From: Anaerolineales bacterium
GTDB taxonomy: Bacteria > Chloroflexota > Anaerolineae > Anaerolineales > Villigracilaceae
Reading direction: 5' to 3'
DNA length: 64,000 nt
Assembly (NCBI GenBank): GCA_013360875.1
Contig: JABWAU010000001.1
Span: 40,835-104,834, forward strand
A model generated the notes under the pieces. It was not told where the DNA came from and searched no databases. It worked only from the letters and a program-made list of their open reading frames with translations. Every line of letters begins with the position of its first letter. Within the stretch, counting starts at the first letter, position 1. Made by a program: the position numbers and the translations under genes. This document shows, one piece after another, positions 8,291 through 16,019 of this stretch.

Positions 8291-10465
8291 ATGACCGACA
8301 ACCAATACCAAAATCGCCCTCCCTTCGACGAGCCCAGCGTCCTCGATTACGTCAAATCCCTGTTTCGATTCGGCGGCGAACGGATTCCACTGCCCAAATT
8401 CGAGGAGCGATCAGCAACCAGCGATCAGCAATTAGCCATCAGCCAGCAAATCGAAGAGACTCAACCATCCGATATTCATCCTTCACCCTTCATCCTTCAT
8501 CCTTTCCCCTGGCGCTCCCTCCTCGCCCTCGTCTTCGCATTGATCGGACAAAAGGCTTTCGAGCCGCCTCCCACCGCCTCGCCGCTTGGGTTCGCGTTCT
8601 ATATCGCGGCATTTTCCATGCTGGGATGGGCGGTCTATCGCGGCGAATGGAATCTCGAATCGCTCAAACCGACATCGGAGGAGAACGATCCGCTCACCTA
8701 CCGCCGCGTTGCCCTGTTCGTCAGTATCGCGCTTGCAATTTGGTCGTTTACGATTTTCAAAGATAACCTCTTCACAGCGACCAATGTCATTGTTTGGTGT
8801 TTTGCAGTTGCCCTGTTCGTCTGGGCTTTCTGGCTCGATGGCGCGAAAAGGCTCACAGGCATCGCAAACTTCTTCAAACGCGACTCGTGGACGATCACCT
8901 TCTCGCGCTGGTCTTTACTCCTCGTCGCCGCGACCGCGCTCGTTTTCTTCTTCCGCTTCCATCAAACCGGAAGCGTCCCGCCGGAGCCGTTCAGCGATCA
9001 CGCTGAAAAGATCTTCGACGTGTACGACATCACACAGGGACAAACACGCATCTTCTTCCCGCGCAACACCGGGCGTGAAGCCTTTCAGATGTATTGGACG
9101 CTCCTCATCGCGGACGTTTTCGGCACGGGGCTTTCCTATCTCAGCCTGAAACTCGGCACAGCCATCCTCGGCTTTTTGACCCTTCCCTTCGTTTATCTTC
9201 TTGGAAAAGAGATTGGCGGAAATCGCGTCGGACTCCTCGCCTTCATCCTGACGGGGATCGGCTACTGGCCCAACGTCATCAGCCGCGTGGGACTGCGCTT
9301 CCCGTTGTATCCGCTCTTCGCCGCGCCCACGCTCTTTTTCTTAATCCGCGGCTTGCGGACTCGGAACCGGAACGATTTCCTACTCTCCGGTCTCTTTCTC
9401 GGACTCGGTTTGCACGGGTACAGCCCCATGCGAATCGTGCCTGTTGTCGTCATCGTTGCCTTCCTGTTGTACTGGCTTCATGGACAATCCAAAGGCGCGC
9501 GCAGGGATTTACTTATCTGGCTGACATTACTCGGATTGACGGCATTGGTTGTGTTCCTGCCGTTGTTGCGCTACTGGGTCGAACATCCAACAGAGTTCGG
9601 TTTCCGCGCCTTCTCGCGCCTGAGCGGAACGGAGCAGGCGCTGCCGGGTCCTGCCTACGAAATCTTCTTTTCGAACGTCTGGAACGCGCTGAAGATGTTC
9701 AACTTCGACGACGGCGAGATCTGGGTGCATTCCGTCACGCACCGCCCCGCGCTGGACGTGGTCTCTGCGGCGTTGTTCGCGTTGGGCATTGTGCTGGTCC
9801 TTATTCGTTACGCGCGCGAACGTCACTGGCTGGATCTGTTCCTTTTGGTATCCATTCCATTGTTGCAATTGCCGTCGTCGCTTTCGCTGGCGTTCCCCGG
9901 CGAGAACCCTGCGTTGAACCGCGCGGGAGCCGCGTACATCCCCGCGTTCGTTATCGGGGCAATGGCGCTCGATGGTCTCCTCACCAGCCTCCGGGGCGGT
10001 CGGATGCGGAACGTTCTGATGTGGGGAAGCGCGGGACTCCTATTGTTCGTCTCCGCATCCCAGAACTATGACCTGGTCTTCGAGCAATATGCAAGTTCGT
10101 TCGAGCAGGGATCGTGGAACACGTCCGACATGGGAAAGGTCGTCCGGGAGTTCGAGCAGACGTATGGCAGGACGGACACGGTCTGGATCGTGCCGTATCC
10201 GCATTGGGTGGATACGCGTCTGCCGGCGGTGTGGGCGGGCGTCCCGAACCGCGACATGGCGATGTGGCGGGATAATCTCGCTTCCACGTTAGAATTGACC
10301 GGACCGAAGTTGTTCATGGTGCGCGCCAATTTGGAACAACAGGAGTTCAACGACACGGAAACGCTGGATGCGTTGAAATCGTTGTATCCCAACGGGCAGT
10401 TACGCCTGTTCGACTCGGATGTGCCGGGTCACGATTTTTGGATTTATTTTGTGCCGCAACAATAA
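8291..10465 (+). CDS. Polytopic GT-C-like glycosyltransferase (family 39/ArnT-PMT-like)
   Basis: ATG abuts the stop of the upstream gene. More than 12 hydrophobic helices, PMT_2-like loop region and a soluble C-terminal domain. Family call by eye only. Confidence 0.6.
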   Translation: MTDNQYQNRPPFDEPSVLDYVKSLFRFGGERIPLPKFEERSATSDQQLAISQQIEETQPSDIHPSPFILHPFPWRSLLALVFALIGQKAFEPPPTASPLGFAFYIAAFSMLGWAVYRGEWNLESLKPTSEENDPLTYRRVALFVSIALAIWSFTIFKDNLFTATNVIVWCFAVALFVWAFWLDGAKRLTGIANFFKRDSWTITFSRWSLLLVAATALVFFFRFHQTGSVPPEPFSDHAEKIFDVYDITQGQTRIFFPRNTGREAFQMYWTLLIADVFGTGLSYLSLKLGTAILGFLTLPFVYLLGKEIGGNRVGLLAFILTGIGYWPNVISRVGLRFPLYPLFAAPTLFFLIRGLRTRNRNDFLLSGLFLGLGLHGYSPMRIVPVVVIVAFLLYWLHGQSKGARRDLLIWLTLLGLTALVVFLPLLRYWVEHPTEFGFRAFSRLSGTEQALPGPAYEIFFSNVWNALKMFNFDDGEIWVHSVTHRPALDVVSAALFALGIVLVLIRYARERHWLDLFLLVSIPLLQLPSSLSLAFPGENPALNRAGAAYIPAFVIGAMALDGLLTSLRGGRMRNVLMWGSAGLLLFVSASQNYDLVFEQYASSFEQGSWNTSDMGKVVREFEQTYGRTDTVWIVPYPHWVDTRLPAVWAGVPNRDMAMWRDNLASTLELTGPKLFMVRANLEQQEFNDTETLDALKSLYPNGQLRLFDSDVPGHDFWIYFVPQQ
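8409..8450. repeat. Heptanucleotide array GATCAGC AACCAGC GATCAGC AATTAGC CATCAGC CAGCAAA, inside a CDS
   Basis: Read directly. Encodes RSATSDQQLAISQQ in the N-terminal tail of the 724-aa GT-C protein. Confidence 0.7.
8466..8507. repeat. Heptanucleotide array CATCCGA TATTCAT CCTTCAC CCTTCAT CCTTCAT CCTTTCC, inside a CDS
   Basis: Read directly. Encodes SDIHPSPFILHPFP. Confidence 0.7.
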
Positions 10466-10569
10466 CGTCATTGCGAGGAAGCCCGCAGGGCTGACGAAGC
10501 AATCTCCTCTTCCGAGAGGAGATTGCTTCGGGATTTCGACGCTGTCGCGTCTCGACCTTCGCAATGACG
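10466..10569. mobile_element. MITE-like palindromic element (termini CGTCATTGCGAGG / CCTTCGCAATGACG) with a perfect internal hairpin
   Basis: Starts on the nucleotide after stop codon 10463-10465 and ends 10 nt before ATG 10580. Internal hairpin GAAGCAATCTCCTCT-TCCG-AGAGGAGATTGCTTC at 10496-10529. Confidence 0.7.
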
Positions 10570-10579
10570 GGAAAGATTT

Positions 10580-13500
10580 ATGAATCGCGAAAAACATTCC
10601 TGGATTTACGATCTTCTCTTCCTGCTGGTCTTTGTGCTGGCAGGTTGGTTGCGCTTGACGGGCGTGGACTGGGGCGAGGGACAGCACCAGCACCCGGACG
10701 AAAACTTCCTGACAGGCGTGTTGGGTAGTCTGCGCGCACAGGTTTGCAGAGACGAAAGCATCCCCGTGGATGCCTGCCCCGAAGATCAGAAACGCTGGCT
10801 CACCCCCGCCGAATACTTCGATAGCGAGACCTCCCCCCTCAATCCCTACAATCGCGGTTACAACTTCTTCGTTTACGGAAACCTGCCGATGACCATCGTC
10901 CGCATCGCGGCGGACGCGACCGGTCAATTCGACGTAAAAATATTGGGGCGGCAGTTCTCCGCGCTGGCAGATCTGTTCACCATCTTTTTCCTCTACCTGC
11001 TCGTCTCGCGCATGTACGGACGCAAAGTGGGCGTACTTGCCTCGCTCTTCTCCGCATTGACCGTCATGCAGATCCAGCAATCCCATTTCTTCACGACAGA
11101 CCTGTTCGTCAACGCGTTCGCCTTCCTCGCCATCTACTTCGCGGTCGAAATTCTCAATCGTCACCTTCCGCCTTCCACGTTCCACTCCCCTCTTTCCACT
11201 TTCCACCTTCTACTCTCCAACCCTCTCTTCCTCCTCAGCCTCGGCTTCGGCTTCGCCTTCGGCATGGCAATGGCTTCGAAGGTCAACATCTACCCGTTAG
11301 CCCTTCTACTGCCCGGCGCGTTCGCCATCCGCTATTTGACCGTGGACCGTGGACTGTTGACCGAAGAGTCGAATGAATACGCTGCCCACCGCCCACTGAC
11401 CACTGATTACTGGTTACTGATTACTATTTGTTTAATCGCCGGTGGACTCGCCGCCCTCCTCTCCTTCCGCATTTTCCAACCCTACGCCTTCGACGGTCTC
11501 CTTCCCAGCCAGGAATGGATCGCCGACATTCAGGAACAACGCATCCAGGCAAAGGGCGATGCCGACCTGCCGTGGAATCTCCAGTGGGCGCGGCGTTCAC
11601 ATTTGTATTCGTTCATCAACCTGACCACATGGGGGCTTGGACTTCCGCTCGGCATCCTCGCATGGATCGGTTTCCTCTACATGGGCTGGCGCATTATTAT
11701 CAAAGGCGAATGGCGTCACGCCCTGCTCTGGGGCTGGACGGCGGCATACTTCATCTGGCAGTCGCTCCAGTTTAACCCGACCATGCGCTACCAACTGCCC
11801 ATCTACCCACTGCTCGCAATGATGGCGTCGTGGGTTGTCTTCGAACGATTACCCATTACAAATTACAAAATTCGCAACACGGTAAACATTACCCGCTCCG
11901 TACTTGCCCTCGTTGTCATCCTCCTCACCACCGCCTGGGCATTCGCCTTCCAAAGCATCTACCTGCGCGACGAACCGCGCATCGCCGCCTCGCGCTGGAT
12001 CTTCCAAAATGTCCCCGGCCCCATCAATGTGGGATACCAGACAAACAATTCCTCGTACAACCAGCCGCTTCCCTTCCCCACCGGCGGATTCATCCAGGCG
12101 GGGATTCCCTACGACACGACCTTCGTCGCGAACACGGATGGATGGATCGACTCGGTTTCGTTCGCGCACGCATCGAACACCCTCGCTTCGCCCTCGACCG
12201 TCAGCCTGATCCTGTTCGATGCGCCTGATCCAACTCCCGAGCGGATCCTCGCCACCGCCACACTGACAGCGGACCTGCCGCCCGGCAAAGACCTGCGCGG
12301 CGAAGAAGTTACGCTCAAGTTGGACAAAGCCGTCCCCGTCGTGAAAGGACAGCAGTTCTTCCTGCGCTTCGAACTCGACGCAGGCAAACTGGTCATCAAC
12401 GGCGCCGCCGTTGTCAACGAAACGGACTACGATTACGGCCTGCCCTTCCGCATTGACGGCTACGACGCCTTCGGCGGCATCTACCGCGGCGACCTCAATC
12501 TGCAAGTCTATTGGGACGATAACGAAGACAAACTCGAACGCTTTGTAACCACTCTCAACGAAGCGGATTTCATCTTCATCCCCACCAACCACCAATACGC
12601 GCAGATCACGCGCCTGCCCGAGCGTTACCCATTGACCACCATGTACTACCGCGAACTGATGGGTTGTCCCATCGGCGCGGACATCATCTCGTGCTACCAC
12701 GAGGCGCAACCCGGAGATTACGAAGGCAGGCTTGGCTTTGACCTCGTGGCGGTCTTCGAAACCTTCCCCAAACTCGACCTGCCTCTCATTGGCGAGATCG
12801 AGATCAACGACCAGTACGCCGAAGAAGCCTTCACCTTTTACGACCACCCGAAGGTCTTCATCTTCCAAAAGAACGCAGACTTCGACGCGGACCAGGTCCG
12901 CGCCACGCTCAACACCGTGGACTTGAGCAAGGTTGTCCGCCTCACGCCGCGCCAGTTCAGCGACTACTCCAGCCTGCTCCTCCCCGCAGACAGACTCGCC
13001 AGTCAACGCGCAGGCGGCACCTGGTCAGACCTGTTCGACTATGAATGGCTCCAGAATAAATACCCTATCCTCGGGCTAATCGTCTGGTATCTATTCATCT
13101 TCGTTCTGGGCTTGGCTGTCTACCCGATCATTCGTATTGCCATGCCGGGACTGGCTGATAGAGGTTATCCCCTCAGCCGCGCGCTGGGTTTGGTCATCTT
13201 TGCTTACGTCTCATGGCTGGCTGGCTCGGTTGGGATTCCCTACACGCGCACGACCATTGCGATTGTATTCGGCGTAATCTTTGTCGCTGGTGTGGTGATC
13301 GGTCATTTTCAGCGCGACGAATTGATCGCAGAATTCAAGACAAGATACAAATACTTCCTGATGATCGAAGGCTTGTTCCTTGCCTTCTTCGTCATTGACC
13401 TGCTCATCCGCCTCGGCAACCCGGACATGTGGCATCCCGCCAAAGGCGGCGAGCGTCCCATGGATTTTTCCTACTTCAACGCCGTCATCAAAAGCACCTC

Positions 13501-15448
13501 CTTCCCGCCATATGATCCGTGGTTCGCAGGCGGATACATCAACTACTACTACTACGGTTTCGTAATCGTCGGCACGCCCGTCAAACTGCTCGGCATCGTC
13601 CCGTCCATTGCCTACAACTTTATTCTGCCAACCTTGTTTGCAATTGTTGGTGTGTCGGCGTTTTCCATCGGGTGGAACTTGGTCGAAAGTCGCAGGTCGA
13701 AAGTCAACAATGAACGACCTTCGACCTTTGACCTTCGGCTTGTTGCCGGTCTCTCCGCCTCCTTCCTCACCATCCTGCTCGGCAACCTCGGCACCATCCA
13801 ACTCATCTACCAGAAGATGCAGCAACTCGGCGCGGCAGGCGCGTTCAGTTGGGACGCGAACCTGACTCAACGCCTGACTTGGGCATGGGATGGGCTTCTG
13901 ATGACCTTCAAAGGCATCCCGCTTCCCATCGGACCCGGTGACTGGTACTGGAACCCAAGCCGCGTCGTCCCGCCCGGACCGGATAACTCCATCACCGAAT
14001 TCCCGCTCTTCACCTTCCTCTACAGCGACCTGCACGCGCACATGATCGTTATGCCGGTCGCATTGCTCGCACTCAGTTGGGCGCTGTCAGTGTTGGCGGC
14101 GCGCGCGAGGTGGAAGAATCAGGTATCGGCGGGGTTGGGACTCGTGATCGGCGGTCTGATCGTCGGCGCGGCGTATCCTACAAATTTATCCGACTCGTAC
14201 ACGTATCTCTTAATCGGTGTCATCGCACTGGGATATTCCATTCTGCGGTATTCCAATTTGGAACTCCCCAAACGGGTTGCACTGACTGTTGCCGCCGTCG
14301 CCGCGTTCTATCTGCTGTCGCGTTTCTTGTACGAGCCGTATCGCACCTGGTACAGCCAGGCATACAGCGCGCTGGAACCGTGGAAGGGACCGTTCACGCC
14401 GTTCGCTTCGTACCTCACGATGTGGGGCGTGTTCCTGTTCATTGTGGTTTCGTGGATGTCCTGGGAAACGCGCGAATGGATGCGTCTCACGCCGTTATCG
14501 GCGCTGAAGAGACTCAAGCCGTATCAATTGTTGATCGAAGGCGCGCTGGTCGCGCTCGCGATCGCCATCCTTGCGCTTCAATTCCACGGCACGAGCGTCG
14601 GGTGGATCGCTGTCCCGCTCGCGGCATGGGCGGGGGCGCTGCTGTTGAACCCGCGCCTGGGCGATGAAAAACGATTCGTGTTGTTCCTGATCGGCACGGC
14701 ATTGTTCATTACGATCATTGTCGAGGTGGTCGTTGTGCGCGGCGACATCGGGCGGCAGAATACGATTTTCAAATTCTATTTGCAGGCGTGGCTCATGCTT
14801 GCCGCCAGCGCGGGCGCCGCGCTGGCATGGACCCTGCCCGCCTTTTTCAAGTGGCTTCCCGGCTGGCGCGTCTTCTGGCAGACGACGATGATCCTGTTGA
14901 TCTCCGGCGCGGCGCTGTTCACCGTCACAGGCACGTCCGGCAAGATCCGCGACCGCTGGATACTGGAAGCGCCGCGCACCCTCGACTCGATGACCTTCAT
15001 GAAGTACGCGCATTACGACGACTTCGGTCAACTTCTCGACCTGAGCGAGGACTATAACGCCATCCGCTGGATGCAAGATAACGTGCAGGGATCGCCGGTC
15101 ATCGTCGAAGCCAATTGCGTCGAATACCACTGGTGCACGCGCTTCACCATTTACACCGGTCTGCCCGGCGTGGTCGGCTGGAACTGGCATCAGCGCCAGC
15201 AGCGCGTCTTCACCTCCACCCAGGTTCAGGAGCGCGTGAACGAAGTCGGCGATTTCTACAACAACGCGGAAATCGAATTTGCCAGCGACTTCCTCGAAAA
15301 ATACGACGTGAAATACATCGTCGTCGGTCAACTCGAACGCGCCGCGTATTCGCCCGAAGGCATCGCCAAATTCCGTCATTACGACGGCAAGTATTGGCGC
15401 GCGGTGTATCACGATGGACAAACGGTCATTTACGAAGTAATGCCGTGA
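10580..15448 (+). CDS. 1622-aa fusion: GT39-like N-terminal polytopic module + large extracytoplasmic domain + Chlor_Arch_YYY (DUF2298) module
   Basis: HPDENF loop motif near the N-terminus. GERPMDFSYFNAVIKSTSFPPYDPWFAGGYINYYYYGFV (YYYY codons near 13541-13561). C-terminus YTGLPGVVGWNWHQ. Confidence 0.7.
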   Translation: MNREKHSWIYDLLFLLVFVLAGWLRLTGVDWGEGQHQHPDENFLTGVLGSLRAQVCRDESIPVDACPEDQKRWLTPAEYFDSETSPLNPYNRGYNFFVYGNLPMTIVRIAADATGQFDVKILGRQFSALADLFTIFFLYLLVSRMYGRKVGVLASLFSALTVMQIQQSHFFTTDLFVNAFAFLAIYFAVEILNRHLPPSTFHSPLSTFHLLLSNPLFLLSLGFGFAFGMAMASKVNIYPLALLLPGAFAIRYLTVDRGLLTEESNEYAAHRPLTTDYWLLITICLIAGGLAALLSFRIFQPYAFDGLLPSQEWIADIQEQRIQAKGDADLPWNLQWARRSHLYSFINLTTWGLGLPLGILAWIGFLYMGWRIIIKGEWRHALLWGWTAAYFIWQSLQFNPTMRYQLPIYPLLAMMASWVVFERLPITNYKIRNTVNITRSVLALVVILLTTAWAFAFQSIYLRDEPRIAASRWIFQNVPGPINVGYQTNNSSYNQPLPFPTGGFIQAGIPYDTTFVANTDGWIDSVSFAHASNTLASPSTVSLILFDAPDPTPERILATATLTADLPPGKDLRGEEVTLKLDKAVPVVKGQQFFLRFELDAGKLVINGAAVVNETDYDYGLPFRIDGYDAFGGIYRGDLNLQVYWDDNEDKLERFVTTLNEADFIFIPTNHQYAQITRLPERYPLTTMYYRELMGCPIGADIISCYHEAQPGDYEGRLGFDLVAVFETFPKLDLPLIGEIEINDQYAEEAFTFYDHPKVFIFQKNADFDADQVRATLNTVDLSKVVRLTPRQFSDYSSLLLPADRLASQRAGGTWSDLFDYEWLQNKYPILGLIVWYLFIFVLGLAVYPIIRIAMPGLADRGYPLSRALGLVIFAYVSWLAGSVGIPYTRTTIAIVFGVIFVAGVVIGHFQRDELIAEFKTRYKYFLMIEGLFLAFFVIDLLIRLGNPDMWHPAKGGERPMDFSYFNAVIKSTSFPPYDPWFAGGYINYYYYGFVIVGTPVKLLGIVPSIAYNFILPTLFAIVGVSAFSIGWNLVESRRSKVNNERPSTFDLRLVAGLSASFLTILLGNLGTIQLIYQKMQQLGAAGAFSWDANLTQRLTWAWDGLLMTFKGIPLPIGPGDWYWNPSRVVPPGPDNSITEFPLFTFLYSDLHAHMIVMPVALLALSWALSVLAARARWKNQVSAGLGLVIGGLIVGAAYPTNLSDSYTYLLIGVIALGYSILRYSNLELPKRVALTVAAVAAFYLLSRFLYEPYRTWYSQAYSALEPWKGPFTPFASYLTMWGVFLFIVVSWMSWETREWMRLTPLSALKRLKPYQLLIEGALVALAIAILALQFHGTSVGWIAVPLAAWAGALLLNPRLGDEKRFVLFLIGTALFITIIVEVVVVRGDIGRQNTIFKFYLQAWLMLAASAGAALAWTLPAFFKWLPGWRVFWQTTMILLISGAALFTVTGTSGKIRDRWILEAPRTLDSMTFMKYAHYDDFGQLLDLSEDYNAIRWMQDNVQGSPVIVEANCVEYHWCTRFTIYTGLPGVVGWNWHQRQQRVFTSTQVQERVNEVGDFYNNAEIEFASDFLEKYDVKYIVVGQLERAAYSPEGIAKFRHYDGKYWRAVYHDGQTVIYEVMP
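11164..11219. repeat. Heptanucleotide array, 8 units of the CTTTCCA/CCTTCCA type, inside a CDS
   Basis: CCTTCCG CCTTCCA CGTTCCA CTCCCCT CTTTCCA CTTTCCA CCTTCTA CTCTCCA. Encodes LPPSTFHSPLSTFHLLLS. Confidence 0.75.
11382..11430. repeat. Heptanucleotide array, 7 units of the CTGATTA type, inside a CDS
   Basis: CTGCCCA CCGCCCA CTGACCA CTGATTA CTGGTTA CTGATTA CTATTTG. Encodes AAHRPLTTDYWLLITICL. Confidence 0.7.
11847..11874. repeat. Heptanucleotide array GATTACC CATTACA AATTACA AAATTCG, inside a CDS
   Basis: Read directly. Encodes RLPITNYKIRN. Confidence 0.6.
13681..13736. repeat. Heptanucleotide array with dyad symmetry (GGTCGAA-type units, then GACCTTC-type units), inside a CDS
   Basis: GGTCGAA AGTCGCA GGTCGAA AGTCAAC AATGAAC GACCTTC GACCTTT GACCTTC. 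The arms are near-complementary. Encodes VESRRSKVNNERPSTFDLRL. Confidence 0.75.
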
Positions 15449-15503
15449 TTACATGTTGCGCGGCGCGCATGACGGAACACGCAACGCCTACCCAGGAGTC
15501 ATT

Positions 15504-15860
15504 ATGATCTTCCACATTACAACCCGAACGGCTTGGAATGAAGCCCGGAAAAAAGGCGAATATACTGCCGAAAGTTTGCAAACCGAAGGCTTCATTCATT
15601 GTTCGACTCTCACACAGGTACTGCCCGTCGCCGAGAAATTCTACAAGGGACAAAGCGAACTCGTCCTGCTCGTGATCGAACCGGCGCGTCTCTCCTCGGA
15701 CTTGAAGTGGGAAGCCCCCTCCGGCGGGGCCCCACCTCCCGGCGTCCCCGAAGGCGACCTCTTCCCGCACGTGCATGGTCCCATCAACCTGGACGCGGTT
15801 GTGAACGTGTTCGATTTCGTATTCGACTCAACCGGCGCGTTCCAAATGCCGGACCTTTAA
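15504..15860 (+). CDS. DUF952 family protein
   Basis: MIFHITTRTAWNEARKKGEYTAESLQTEGFIHCST...GDLFPHVHGPINLDAV matches the DUF952 pattern. Confidence 0.8.
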   Translation: MIFHITTRTAWNEARKKGEYTAESLQTEGFIHCSTLTQVLPVAEKFYKGQSELVLLVIEPARLSSDLKWEAPSGGAPPPGVPEGDLFPHVHGPINLDAVVNVFDFVFDSTGAFQMPDL

Positions 15861-15896
15861 TTGCTCTGTTGCAAGGATGTGTTTTGAAGCGTACTG

Positions 15897-15935
15897 GGCG
15901 TTCTCTAACGCCCGAAGTTGCGCTAGAGAGCGCAA
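15897..15935. repeat. REP-like double hairpin (GGGCGTT-CTCT-AACGCCC and TTGCGC-TAGAGA-GCGCAA)
   Basis: Read directly. Shares the GCGTTCTCTAACGC / GCGCTAGAGAGCGC core with 29138-29255 and 50458-50598. Confidence 0.6.
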
Positions 15936-15976
15936 AATACGCAAGATTTTTGAATGATTGAGACAGAGCAACCTTT

Positions 15977-16019
15977 AATCCTTCAATCTGAAATCATAAA
16001 TCTGAAATCGTAAATCGAA
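15977..16019. repeat. Heptanucleotide array AATCCTT(c) AATCTGA AATCATA AATCTGA AATCGTA AATCGAA, running into ATG 16019
   Basis: Read directly. The last unit supplies the A of the start codon. Confidence 0.75.

Noticed and set aside
11849-13006. 385-aa minus-strand ORF and similar long antisense ORFs (14495-15421, 24318-25490, 25551-27206, 27484-28671, 29520-30431, 35506-36507, 41968-43206, 46624-47592, 54966-55973, 56031-57056)
   Set aside because: All lie entirely opposite strongly supported genes and have Arg/Gly/Asp-rich, motif-free translations typical of shadow ORFs in GC-rich DNA. They have no SD or promoter signals.
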